The position numbers and the translations under genes were made by a program. This document shows positions 1 through 14,315 of a stretch of 64,000 nucleotides of DNA, one piece after another. The stretch's first letter is position 1, and every line of letters begins with the position of its first letter. Below the pieces are notes generated by a model. That model had not been told where the DNA came from and did not search any database. It was given only the letters and a program-made list of their open reading frames with translations. Source of the stretch: Paragordius varius (taxonomy: Eukaryota; Animalia; Nematomorpha); contig OZ176052.1 of assembly GCA_964247055.1 (NCBI GenBank), positions 2,108,001 through 2,172,000 of the forward strand, written 5' to 3'.

Positions 1-105
1 TGAAAAAAATGGACATAAAAAGTCCCTAAACAATATGATTTTTTAAATTTTTCATGATATTTATATTTTGAAAGCCTGTGCTATCCTAAATATTTTTTTT
101 TGTTT

Positions 106-377
106 TTAACTTTTAAATGAGAATTCATTACTGATAAGTTTTTGGGGTGATTCTCTTTTATACTCTGGTGTATTGACGTCGGCGGCGTTTTTAAACCTTT
201 TAAAAATATTGTTTTTGGATTCATGATATTCATCCGTTTCGGTTTTTAGATTTGTTTCAGAATAATTTGCGTGACCGTCTGAACTACGTTTCAAACCCAT
301 GAGTGTCAATTTAGACGTTGTGTTAATGGAAGATGAATTAACCAATACTGTGTCTCTGGGAAGTAGATTATCATTGT
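106..377 (-). CDS. Candidate terminal coding exon, possibly the 3' end of the zinc-finger gene; product unassigned
   Basis: Acceptor ttttttag at 378-379 opens a phase-1 frame NDNLLPRDTVLVNSSSINTTSK...FSFKS* that includes the 106..345 ORF. No recognisable domain. Confidence 0.4.
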
Positions 378-3300
378 CTAAAAAATTATAAATTTCATTA
401 TTTAGCGGTTATAAAATGTGTTTTTTTACATATATATTTTATGCTATGAACCTCTTTATGACCTAAGGAACATTTCAAAAAAAGAACGCTTATAAAGTAA
501 TAAATAGCTTATTTCTGATATTAACGGACCTAGTTTTTTAATTATAATCAATGTGCCTAAAACTATTTATGAAATAAATTTCAGATATTGGGATAGAATA
601 GTATATACATATTTTAAAACACTGAATTAATTGAAAATATTTCCAAAATATTAAATTTGATTCATGTCAAAAAAGATTTTGATATGCATATATATAGCCA
701 TGTAATTTTTAATTGGAGTCATCATTATGAGGGGGTCGGATCTACTGTAAATATACGCCCCTTTTGGGTCGTGTATCATATGCATCGAAATTTATCAAAT
801 TTTTTATTCCCGCCCTTTGTTAGGGTTACATTACACATACAACATACATGGGAAATATGGCCTTGTAACTAAATATTATAATGTTTGCGGTAAAATGGGT
901 GTGTATGTATATGTTAATTATATATATTATGGCAGAACAAAATAAAAAATTAAGGTTTTTTTTGAAAAAAATATCTCATCAAAAAAAACGTAAAAACATA
1001 ATGAATGTTATACATATATATATGTTTGTTTGAGGAAACGTTAATTTTTACTAGATATTTTACCTTGTAAAGGTAACGCTACATACTTACATACTTACTT
1101 ATATCAAACAATTTATCTCCTTTTATTTTCATATAACGACAAGAATAACTTAGTTTCTTTAAATACACACACATACATATTTTTTCACATTTTTTTCAAA
1201 TTTTCAAACCGAATCAAGGCTAAATCGATTAGGCGCATTTTTAGTTATGCATGTATGTTAAAGAGAAAGCATAAAATTAATTACATTCGATTATTTTGAA
1301 TATTGGGGTTTTACGGGTAATACATGTGTTAGTTAGGATAAAACATAAAATATGGTTATATATATATTTATAAGGGTTAAAAGTTGTAGATCTTATAATT
1401 TTTATGATCTTAGAGCGATCAAAGTTAATTCTATAAAAATACATTATAACGTCCGGCATAAAACCAATATACTTCGGAAAAATCAAAACTTCAAACAAGT
1501 CAAGCCACACTAAAAGACATAGAGAGAGTCAAAAAAAATTTTCCAATGTATATACTATGAGTTGAATATAACCCGCCTACCCATTTCAACACGACCAATT
1601 TTTTATATATATATAATTTTATTTCAAAAAGCCAGCTATGTAGCTATACAACGCATATTATATAGGTTAAAGTGAATTCTCATTCCCTATTTATAAATAC
1701 CACAAGAGTAAAAATATTACATATAGTATTCTATTGTAATTATGATAAAATATATCATGATAATGGTTAAATATGGGTTAAGGCCATACCATACAAATAT
1801 ATCGCGCGCATAATAAGCATACGTGTTCCCAAAAAACTAGTTTCATACATACACATACTATTTCTCCTTCATATACACAGAATTTTTTATGTTTCTATGT
1901 GTTTTTATCTATTCATTCGTTTTTTTTTTGATAAAAACGGTGGTAGTAAAATAATTATAAATAAGTAAGCGAGCAACTTAGTTTAACTAAAAAATAATTG
2001 ATATTTTGGAGGAGGCGGAAAGGTGAAAACTTTAGAAAACATAAAATACAAACCTACTTTCCAAATATCAAATATAAATAAAATGTTGCTTCCTATATCC
2101 TAGAGCTTGCTGATATACATTGAATGTGTAAGAAAATGTGTTTTTGGCACAAATTGCACCTCTGTAGGATAGATAGATAGATAGATATGTTTTTATATTT
2201 TTTTCAAACATTTTTATTTATTTGTGACATACTTTCTGTTGCTATATATAATTTACAGTTTTAGTTACTTAATTTTCTGTAATGTATATTATTTGTCACC
2301 TATACATATTTTCATAACTTAGCTATTTAACCATAATAGAGATAAATACTCTTTTTAAAATCAGCTTAGGTCGGTATACATATATATATCCTTAAATTAA
2401 TCACATATTGCACACACAACCAACCTCGAAAACATAAAATTCAAAATTTTTAAATTGCAAAATTAATATCAGTTGCAAAAGCAAAAAAACTTATTAGTTA
2501 TGCTACATTTCCGCTCCCCTGTGCTATATATTGTTGCATACTAACCCACAAAACTGATTAGATTTACAATAGAGAAATGAATGTGCAATATTTTATATAC
2601 ATCATTTAATTTGGTGCATAAAACAATTTTCCAACTAAAATATAAAAGGGCAGATAGTTTTATTCTATCACATAAAAGGGCGTATGAGGTTGACCAAGTT
2701 TTTTTAGGCGGATCATTGAGATAAATTGACTATTATATGTGAAAAAAAGGTGGCTGCTTATCAAATAATTTTTACCATTTTTAATTATTTACATTTATTA
2801 CTGAGTCACTCACTCACTTGATATTAGCTAATAATCACATTTTATCATCTACCTACACATTGTATACCATTTTTGCTTGATTTTTAGTTTTTTTTTCTAT
2901 TGCAATTTTCCCGAAAGGCAACTAACTCACTAATTTGGTAATGTCATGTTGTGTTTCACTATTCATTGATTAACATTTCACTCTTCAACTCCGATAAAAG
3001 GTGAGAATGAAAGGAAAAAAACAAAAAATTGAGTGAAAAGCGTTATAAAATCAGAATTTATAAAAGTAAGGTGGGGAATATTAACGCATATTTTTTAACC
3101 TTATGTAATTACAAAAAAACTTAGTTATAAACCAAAATGTGCCAGAAAATGATTTAATATTAAGTAATATTATATATATTATGAAGAAAACTAAAGTAGT
3201 ATGATGTGCGCCAAATCACTGCAAGGTAAAAATTAAAATAAAAATTTTTGTAAATCACAATTACAAAGTAAATTTTTAAGCATTTTCATCTATATTAAAG

Positions 3301-4165
3301 TGGAAATAATTTAAGTTTATCGTTGTTGATAGATATATTATCCGCAATGTTAAAGAGATTAGATTCAGAGATTTGGCTGCCTTTTGGTTTTATGCATCAT
3401 GTGCCAAATAAACACTGATTTGATAAGAAGCGTGTTATCAAGTTTGGACAGTTGTATCAGCAAGCATAAGAACTACTGAATGTTAAGTCAAACATAGTTA
3501 AAACCTCAATCTAAGATTACAGTTTAAGGAATTGAATGTTTCAAATCTTTCACAAAAATTTAACCAGTAATTTCAATTTTGCCGGCTTTAGTCGATTGGT
3601 AGAGAGAGAGAAATGAAGTGAGATAGCCAAGCCAAACGAAAACGCGTAACAGAATGTGTGCACGTTAATAAAGATATACGAAGGTCAACCAAAAAAAACA
3701 AGAAAGAAAGAAAAAAAGAAAAAGCGAGCGTTTTGTTATTTTAATTTTCGTCCTGTGGCCTTAAAATGAATGTGATTGTGGTTTGAGCGATCATGCAGGC
3801 AGGAAAGCACTTCAAGGAAGCAACAAAAAAACTAAAACTAAAAGTTTTGAGATTACATGCAAATGTGCAATCATATAACATTAAGCACGCGTTTTTCAAG
3901 GATAAGCGACTGAACGATATAATAGAAAAAAATGTGGTTTTTTCTAACGGTTTCATACGCATACATATATACATACACAATCATAATAATTCATAATATG
4001 TGCAAAAAATTATTAATTGTGAAATAGTAATAATCAAAACATGTTTCTCTGAACAGAAAAAAAATCATATGCTGCTTGATAATACATAACAATAATAATA
4101 ATATTTATAATTGTATCAAACAACAACCTTGAAAATAGAGTAAGTAACTTTTATGTATTACTCAC

Positions 4166-4183
4166 CACGCTCGCTCTCTACAT
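4166..4183 (-). other. Candidate 18-nt microexon
   Basis: tttttgctag|ATGTAGAGAGCGAGCGTG|gtgagt has a good acceptor and a consensus donor. Read phase 1-1 it is frame-compatible with the exon at 377. Confidence 0.3.
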
Positions 4184-5068
4184 CTAGCAAAAATAGTAAG
4201 TAATATATGTATTTAATCAGTTTCAGTCCCAAGGTTAATTCTTACAGACAACATGTTTTAAAAGCATTTACTGAAAAAAAACTAAAATCTGATAAATTCA
4301 AAAAACTCTATGAATTAAATATCGTTGTTATCAGGCATGGCATAGTTTCTTTCTTCATAATACAACTCATAAAACCCAAATATCCTTGAAACATATAGGT
4401 AGTTAACATAAATTCCGCGCCTACCTCGTTTTTTATTAAACGATAAAAAATTATTAAAAAATGAATTTGTAAATAAAAATATACCAAGATGACATAAATT
4501 TTCAAAATCTCGTAACCTATTATTATTATATTGTTAAACCATTAAATATAAAAGTTCTGTTGTCCTTTACATCACTATATTAAAAATGCGCAAGGCATTC
4601 TTTAAAGCAAATTTCAAAGTTAACGAGACTATAAAAATTTTAAGACTATGATAAAAAATATTGTATTAAAAGTAAGTGGTCAAGGTAAAATACCTCATAT
4701 CCAAATTATCTCATATATAACGTTAGATGTAAAAAAGATAGTTAGTTGTATAGTAAAAAATTACAATATATCCTGTTACACAAATAAAACATAATTTTAG
4801 TGTATTTTATATTAACAAGGTGTCTAAAATATATTGTTATATGTAAAAACTGACCTGATATTGAGCGATCATTTGTCATTTGTTGGGTTGAATCGTTGCA
4901 TGTTTGTTCCTAAAAGATGGAAAAAAGGTGTGGTAAGAAATTCCAAAACTTTTTATATTCAACAAAGATCACTTATAATAATCGAAAGTTATGTTTTACA
5001 TAAATTATTGCTGAATTTAAATATATAAAAAGCTTTTCTTCAAAAAGTTTTTTTTTTGAAAAAAATAC

Positions 5069-8000
5069 CGTTTTTACGGCAACATTTTCCAGAGATGCGG
5101 GTGGCAAATAATTGCGGACAATGGATGAAGTGAAATGGGACGATGCCCCTTTTAACCTTAGGGTCCTTCGATTAACTCGATTATTAACTATAACACTTTG
5201 TGGTTGAGACGTTTGGGATGTTTGAGCAGAAACATTTTTGGTAAAGTCAAGCGTCGGTTCAATCATAGATTCATCATTTGGTTCCTTTTTAATCGAATGA
5301 TATGTATTATCATCTGTAATCATTTTATTAATTATGGATTGTTTCTTCCCATCCACGGAGGAAATAATTTTGTTTAATTCAGTTTGTTGGTGTTGTTGTT
5401 GGTTCTTTTTAAGCGTTCCATAAACTTTTTGGTAAAGTTCAGAACGTGTGGTGGCATGCACCCTTTTAAGATGGATCCGTAAGTTTATGGCATACCCAAA
5501 CGATAAGTGACAGTATATACATTCATAGGGTTGAACGACCCCATGTCGATTTTTGTAATGCATGCGCAGGTCACAACTCCACTTTGTGCTATACGCACAA
5601 TATCCACAATGTTTATCTTTTTCGTGGGCTGGGACGCGTCTGTACACCAGAGGTGTTTTCTTTTTGTCTCGTTTTTGTAATAGCTGTGCAGAATCGTTTT
5701 CAATATTGGTATTATCGGCTCTTGGGGTAATGGACAAGAGATACGCCCTTAGTTTCCGAGTGAATTCAGTTTTATCAATCGTTTTGCTGTCTGAATGAGA
5801 GATATACATGTGCATGATATAATCTTCAAACGATGTAAAGTGTAGTAAAGATGTGGTGCATACCGCACATGCAATTTTGTCAAGCGATTTAATCTGTTCT
5901 ATATGCACCATTTGGATATGGTGGAGAAAATGGTCGAGTCTGGTAAATTCCAAATTTTTACATCCTTCATCGTTTGCGTTGCGGAATATACAGGTGAATG
6001 TTTGAGCAAGAATAGTGTTAGAAAATGAAGCATTACCCGCTAAAGACTCGTGCATTTCATCTTCGTCAAAGCCGTGTAAATCCTCGCTGAGTGCTACAGA
6101 AACCGTATCTTCCATATTGGTGTCAGAATTATAATCCTGAGCACTGGAAGATCTAATAACGCCACCACAAGGCGACCTTGTCGTTTTATTCATTTTGTGA
6201 TGATGATGGGTTTGATGAAAATTTAGACCTTGAAAACTGTTGCATGAATAGGTGCACGTATCACACCGATATGCCAAGTTTGTGGAATGATGCCTTTTCC
6301 TATGTCGCTCATAGGTTGAGGGATTCACCGTTTTAAAGTCACAAACACTACATCGAAATAAATAGGGGGATTTTGCATTTTTATTTGGGGGAGTTTTATG
6401 TGCCCTTTTCCTGTCAGAGTCAAACAGGGCTTTAACTGTTTCAATCATTTTCGCTTTACCATCATCTCGAATCATGGCAGAATTGGTGTTTGGTAAATGT
6501 GTTTCGTTAAAATCATCCATAATACTGCTGCTGTCATTGTTCTTCCCATTTATCTCGTCGCTTTCTTCTTTTTTTATTACGCCTACTACTTCCTCAAACA
6601 ACATAATTTTATTACTGTTGCTGTTGTTGATGTTACATTGTAGGTTTCCGCCGCCGCCCCCTTTGCGATAATGACATTTTGCCTCATGCAATTTCATTTG
6701 GCCTTGAGATGTATCACAATATTTGTTGCACGTTTTACAACGATAAAGTGTAATCTTATTACATGGGAGGGGATCACAAGTGGGTGGTGTAATACAAGAA
6801 TCTTCTAATTTATTGCTGTTATGATTATTACTGCTATTATTATAATGGGGAGAAATTGAATTAGTCTGCAAGTATTGTTTAAGTAAAGGAACATTATCGG
6901 CTGAGATGAAAGAATTTTTGTCGTTTATATCATCATTACTACCAATTTCATCTTTGGGTTTTAGGGGCTTATTTTCATGTTCTAATAATGACAAATTCAT
7001 TTCTTTCATCGCCTGTGTATAATAAGTAAATTGAGAAGAGCTATTGTAGGGTAGAAGGGGTGGTGGTGTTGATCGGACAACCGTCCCATACATTTTAGAG
7101 TAAATAGCTAAAGTTTCGTTATTATTACTCAACATTTTATTATCATCATTATTATCGATTATAATAGTGCTGTCTTCGTTGTTTTTTTGTTCATCACCAC
7201 CAACAATGTTTGTTGTTTTGGATATAATGTTGGTATTGCTTCTGTTGCAATTATTTTTATTATTGCCATGATAAAGTTTACTTAATAACAACACATTTGG
7301 TGATGGTTTTGTGTTGGCACATGATATGAGCGTAGAATTTTCGTCATTATTATACGGTTTTTCAACAAACGAATCCGAGTTTCTGACTGTGTCCGCAATG
7401 TACGCATTGGGTGAAGGGCAACAAAGTATTTTGTACAATGTTGTAACATCTTTAAACTCTGCCGCATTTATGCGGTGTTTTATGGCTTGGTGTTGGAATA
7501 AACCATCAAAATTTGACGTTGTAAATTGACAGAAATTACATTTAATTTCAGGACTTTTGGGTTTATCAACTAAGGGATCATCAACAGTATTATTCATGTT
7601 TGAGTTAGTTGTTGAAAGTGTTTGTTTAATATTATTATTATCCGTCAAAACCTGGGAATTTTCACCCCTTAAATTTGTTGGACTCGGCGTAGCATTGTAG
7701 TAAAAGTTATTAGAGGGTGGTGCATGCAAATTATTAGTATTATTATTATTATTGTTGTTCAAATATTTGTTGGTACTGAAAGTATGATGATAGTGTTGGT
7801 TGTTTTTGGTAGATTCGTTTCCTTCTATGGTAGTGTTTAGTAGTGGTTTTGTTGAAGGGGGCAATGAACTATCATCTACATTATTCTGTATTCGATTTTG
7901 ATTACCATTAGAACTAACAGACTTGTCAGAATAAAAACGGTTTTTGTTTATGTTACTGTTATTGTTATTATTATTATGATGTAAAAAAAGGTTGTTATTA

Positions 8001-9556
8001 TAGCTACTTTGGTTTTGTAATGTTGTACTTTTATTATTACTGTTACCACTGTAAGTTCTAGAATCTGACCTCTTACTCCCCATCATCATATTCAGAGTAT
8101 TTGTTGGTGAAGGAGAAAGTTTTGGTGTATTCATAATAGTAATCAAATTAGTAGATGAAACTGTTGAAAGTAAGGGTGAAGAACTATTCGTAATTGGTTG
8201 TTGGCTTTGTTTTTTATTATTAACCAGGGCCTCAAACAGCTTTGATGATGAATGATTTTCAATTCGAGATTTCAATATTTCATCACTATTATCAACAATG
8301 TTTGAGGTCGAATACTTGAATATACTTTCTGCCTCTAGATTTCGGTTGATGCGGTCCGCCAAAGGTGAAATGGTAGAATTTGAGTTAGTTTGAGAGGTGT
8401 AGTTTGCTGCCTTTCTAATAATGATTGAATCTCTCACTGCATTTTTATCATGGTTAGCCATGTATGATTCTCTGTGATTTGCCTGATATAGCTTAGTGTA
8501 TTGTTTTAACAAACGTTCATCATTATCGTCATGGTTTAGTGGTGGGACAGGATTCATTGATGAGCTACTAGATGCCAATTGTGATTGATGCATTTTTAAA
8601 TGATTTAAGAATTCCATATCATTGTCACGCAAACTTGTCAAGCAAATGGGACACTTGGTTATATTAGACGACGGCTCTTCCACACATTTATCCATATTAT
8701 TAATGAGTGATAAGGGACCATCATGAATATTCTGATTTGAGTGGGCATTAGCTGCTACGATTAAGCCTACTTTATTTATCTCATTTATTATTTGCTCAGA
8801 GTTTTTATTATTATTGCTGATGTGGTTGTAATTTAAGCCAACTTTTTTAGTAGTAGCAACAGCAGTACCAAACATTGCTGCAGTTGTTGTGTTAAAGTTA
8901 TGTACCATTTTCATGTGCTTATCATAAGCATTTTCCGACATAAAGAATGCTTCACATAAATCACATTGCCAATTCATAGAGGATGACGGACTCGTTATTA
9001 TTTGACAATTTTTATTAGGATTGTTTTGCTGTACGTTGCCGTTGTTTATGTACAATTTTAATCTTTTACTGCTAATACCATCCAACAAATCTTCTTGAGA
9101 ACTGTGGTTTCTATGTTCCTCATCATTAGTAACATTTGAATGTCCTTCTTCTGTATAATTACTACTACTGGTCAACAATGCATTGTACAAACTACTTTTA
9201 TTGCTATATCCATTATTTGTTGCATAAGAATTAACATTAGAATTAGAATTTAGAAGTAGAGAGTTGCTAGAAGAAGGATACGACGAAACAAAATTAGGTG
9301 ACGCTTGTGGTACATTGCTGCTGCTATTCGTGTTATTATTAATATTGTTGTTGTGGTTGGTACCGTTAGAAGCAAATAAGGTAGAATCTCTCACATGATG
9401 TCTGTAATCCAAGTGTCGTTTTATGCTTTGCTTATATTCAGAGACGAAATCGCACAAAGGACATTTGTAATTTAATTTGGCCGGCATACCAGGGGTCGTG
9501 GACGGTACATGTACTTTACTTATGTTGGAGATGATTGCATTAGCAAACATATTCAT
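5069..9556 (-). CDS. Multi-C2H2 zinc-finger transcription factor with about 11 dispersed fingers and Asn/Ser-rich linkers; one large exon
   Basis: 1527-aa ORF with C2H2 motifs such as CPLCDFVSEYKQSIKRHLDYRH, CSVCDFKTVNPSTYERHRKRH, CGYCAYSTKWSCDLRMHYKNRH and CIYCHLSFGYAINLRIHLKRVH. The ORF tail after ...VAVKT (FFSKKKLF...) looks like intron read-through past a GTATTT donor at 5068. Confidence 0.85.
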
Positions 9557-12500
9557 TATAAATTAAACTTTAGAGTTTTTTTTACAATAAAGTTTCAAGA
9601 AATTTCGTAGTTTAAATTAATGTATAAATCTTTTAGGCAAGGTAGACTGAAGTTAAAACAAAACGGACACCATTTAGTAATTTTGCATTTGAATGTTGAT
9701 GTAGTAGGGAAGGGAGGGAGTATCGGAGTTAACAAAAACATTAACTTTAACATTATTATTATTATAATTATCCAAGGTGAGATGAGATGAATAGATTTGA
9801 TGAATATTATTGTGAGTTAGTTTTATATATGTTTTATCTTTTTTGTATCGTTTCGTTAAATATTACTACTTACTAACATTGTCGTTCGTCGGTGTTGGTA
9901 ATGTTGGTTGGCCTTGTAAAAAAAAAGTTAGTTTTTTTTCTTCGTTTAACAATTTTTTGTCACACTTCTCTAGCAACATTTGTAAAAGAATAAAATGATC
10001 TGAGCGAAAAGGGGCATTTATTATTTATCATTTTGGTTTTGAGATAAATCCAATTTAAAAAATTCGGTATTATTGCTACGCAACTAGAATTCAATAATAC
10101 ACCTTTAAAGTGGTAGTAGGGTGGATTTTTATGCTTATTTCCCTTATCGCCATAAATTTTTTGAAAGTCATCATCGCTCAATCCTTTTTTTTTCAATATA
10201 TTTTTTTATCTGATACCGCCAATTTTTTACTTTTGCAATTGCAATTGCATATAGAGAGGAGGAGGAGAAAAGAAAGGTATAAATGTAGTTAGTTAGCTAT
10301 CTAGCTATATAGTAATTATATATATTTGAAGTTTTAATGGTGCGCGTTGTTTGTGCATTTTTTATAGTTTGAGGCAATGTAGTGTGTAGAAAATACCACC
10401 CATTTTATCATTTATCATATTGTATTGTAATTCATTATTAATATATGTATATTTTTGTTCCACCCTTGTTCTCATCATCGTTTAAACTGTGATCGGTGGG
10501 TGCTCAATGATGTTTGAAGGGGAATGAATTTTGTTTTTTTCAATATAATCATTATCATAATTTAACTATTTGAACGATAAATTTTTACAATTGAAAATTA
10601 AGCAAAGGTGCTTTTACCATAGGCGATAGTTTTTTTCATATGTGTTTAATATTATCATACAGAATAGTTGATGTTATGGTTTATTCTTATAATATATCCT
10701 AGAATACAGAATTGCTAGAAATCTATTAAAATGTTGCAGATTTCATTGTTGTTTCGAAAAATTTGGATAATATGTTTTCTTGGAATAATTGCGACACAAG
10801 AGAAGCATATTTGAATTTTGCCGTTGTCACTGTGCTGTTCTTCTATCTATCTATGCTACTGTAAGAATATGCAAGGGGATATGAGATGATGAATGATTTA
10901 ACAAAAAATAATCGGATCTTTTTATTTCTTTGTCGTGTTGCGTCTTTAGTTATTTTTCTTTAATATATCATATAATAATAATAATCTCTCTTATCATGAC
11001 TGCGATTGAAAAATATTTTATATTGTATATCTAATAATAAAAACTCTAGTAGTAGTTGGTTGGGTATAAAATACTGGCACAAAGGGAGGGAGTATGGATG
11101 CACACTTGAATTTGCAAAAATTCTGTCATCATTATATGTTTTAATATTAGGATAGAAATATTAGGCCGATAACTGTTTTATTTTTGTTAACTGTTGTAAC
11201 AATATTTGTTGCGCGCATATAATCTTTGAATTTCTCTTTCTTTCGTTTTGTGCTATATTTCTAATAGTTATTGGATTTCACATATATTATTATATATTAT
11301 TTGTATAATCCCAGAAAAAAAAAGATGATGGGATGATATCAGCAACAATATAAAAATTGGAATGTTCAATTGATTTTGAATCTTTTATAATATTTTCTGG
11401 CTTGCAAAATTTCTCCTTGATCGACGAATATAATTGGTTTATATTTTTTGAGGTTCGTTCTTGCCTACCTGTAAATATTAATAATTAGAATTAATAAATA
11501 AATAAACAAAAAAATTCATTTTGTGTTCTAAATTAGGCATAAAATAACATTGAAAAACACATATTCTGGCAAAGGAAAAGGTTAATATATAAAAAAACAT
11601 ACACATAACTTAAGTGTAGATAGATAGATAGCTTAGCTGTATATATAGTTAGATAAATTAAGTAAATAGGCGCAATCTCAATATGCTCAAGGTTTTTTAA
11701 CAACTATATTTTGCTTTTCATTTTAAATTTTAATTTTTTCCCTTGATTTTTTTAATAAAAAATAATTTGAAGTAACGAATCGATTACCTGTAAATAAAAA
11801 CAAAAAATGTTTTTCTTGGTATGTTTAGTGCGCTAGCAAATGTTAAATTTTAAAACGATAAAAATTTCATGGTAATGAAAATAGATATATTTTAGCTATC
11901 TGAAATTTTTATATTTAAACTTCAAACTGAAAGCTGGATTTTCAGTAAAGATACTATGCTAAATTTCTGGAATATAGCGAAAAAATAACGATATAGTTAG
12001 TTTATCAATGCGTAAAATACATGATGAAACCAAAAAAATTATACATCAAGGTTATCCTTCACTAGTATGCTATTCATTATTGTGTTTTCACAATATAACT
12101 TTAATTCTTATGTAAGTTGGTGTTGAAGGCAGCGCCTTCAATAGTTAATCACATATTGTAAAAAATTGAGTATAACGGTATATTAAATATAAAAACCACA
12201 TTATTTTAAATCAAAATAAAATGCTTATATTTGTTTTTATAATAAACATAAATATTATTGACCAAGGGTCATAAATATGTTGGTAGAAATGTATTTATAT
12301 ATAAGCAAGTTTATTATTTGGTTTCTCTTTCTTAAATTGTACATACTAAATCTGAGAAAGATAAACTAAAATACTTCCGCATATACAATTAGTTTTTCTA
12401 TTTACAAATCTTAAATTTTTTATGACCAAATCGCATACTATGTCTGTTAGGGTGTTTAAGGCATAAAAAGCATGTGAATATTTTCAAGTTGAAATCCAAC

Positions 12501-14173
12501 TAAAAATTACTATCATCGCCGTCAGCCAAAGAAAATGTTGAAAATTACATGGATCCTGTTAATAAATTTCAATCCTAATCCTTAATAAAGAATAAATCAG
12601 CCTTTAAACTTAAAATTTATTGCTTAAAAATGCATATTATTTGCTCAACAAACATGTCGGCGAATTTAGATAAAAATTCAAAAAAAATTTTGCATATATT
12701 TTTAAAATTTACTTATACTATAAAAATCGATTCTTAACAATAATTCGATCTGGCAACATAATTTATACATTTTCTCATTCATACCCATGAATGTCCCCAT
12801 GCATATTTGCCAAATACACTATATGTTTAACACATAGTTAAATAAATTCTATTTTAGCTATAATTATTTATAGTTTGACATTTCAAGGTTTCTATAGTAA
12901 ATTTCTGATTAAATGGTAATTTTATGTCGTTAATTAGTTTACTTATTTAGATATTCATTTTTTAAGGCCATTGTTTCTATATCTTTAATATTATATCATT
13001 TTTATGGGCCATTTTAGTAAAATTCATTGTTAATGATTGAAAAAGACCAAGGTCAACTTTTGTATTTACCATGTCAAAATTCATTTCAAATTGTTTCTCC
13101 ATTTCTGTCCACACACAATATTTGCGTTTGCTAAGGGGCGCTAAAATCATATATTGTTGGGCTGACCTATTTAAACTGTGTCCCTATTAGCTAGGTAGGC
13201 AAGGTTTTAACTATAATACACTAGTGATACTTAATTATAATTGCTTGCTTTATTATATAACTCCTTAAAAAGCTGTGTTTTTTGAATAAGGGGGCACCCC
13301 TACCCATGTTTACATAGACTTAGTTGCTTGCTGGATTATAAAGAGAACATGTATGAGTTAATAAAAAGGTTTTTTTGTGTATTGTTTACCAATGGCGGTT
13401 AAGGGGACGGAAGTCATATACTTAAGCAACGATAAATATTATGATATTATTACAAAAAAATTTTGAGTATTTTAACGAAATTGGTCTTTTTACCCTATTT
13501 TTATATTAGTTAGTTAATTAAATATTGTATGAATATAGATGGGTAAATTTACAGTTAATTTTATAATCAAAAATACTTTTGCGCTTTCAAGCAGTTAACT
13601 GTTGGCACCAAAAACGCTAAGGGAAGACAAAAAGCTTTTAATGTAGAAATACGTATACATCATATCTATATACACTGTGCTATCTTATTGTATATATTGT
13701 GTTTTATTCTCTGTTTTGTCTCCATTTCGTTGAAGCAATTAGATCCAATATTTTGCATATTCTACATGATTAATATATAATAGTGCATTTTCATTATCAG
13801 CGCTTCCAGATATTTTTACCCAAGGTTGTGCCAGAAAGAAACGTTGTCTGTTTTCATTCAAAATATATATTTATTTTCTATCAATATTATTACTCTTATA
13901 TATCGTTTCACATATACTAAACATTACATTTTATTGGATACATATAGTCTTAACCTAATATATGTGTCAAACATTTTTGCATTACTAAATATTTTTAATT
14001 TTTAACAATTTATTTGTTACGCAATTTGAGTTAGAGAGTTTAGTTTTCAGAAGTTTTCAAACTTTTTTGTTTTTATTATGTGTTGGTAATATACATCCTT
14101 CCAGAATTTCGTATACATGAATTAGCTGCTTATAGGCGCAATCAACCTTGAAAATATTTTTTGTAAGATACTA

Positions 14174-14315
14174 CAGTAGCGTATGGCATAAAACAATATT
14201 AGTCCATAAAATAATAAAACAATGTTTTTTTAAAATATACAACTAGACTTATTTCATAAAAAAACTTTTTTTTATTCTTTTATGGACTAATCATGTTTTA
14301 TGCCATACTCTACTG
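14174..14315. mobile_element. MITE family A copy (Tc1/mariner-pogo type, TA TSD)
   Basis: TA|cagtagcgtatggcataaaac...gttttatgccatactctactg|TA; terminal inverted repeats with TA flanks. Confidence 0.85.

Noticed and set aside
4973-5068. C-terminal 31 aa of the 1527-aa ORF
   Set aside because: A- and T-run-rich sequence directly after a GTATTT donor; more likely intron read-through.
5485-7529. Short ORFs overlapping the zinc-finger exon (5485, 5562, 6474, 7282, 7311)
   Set aside because: Shadow frames of a long coding exon.
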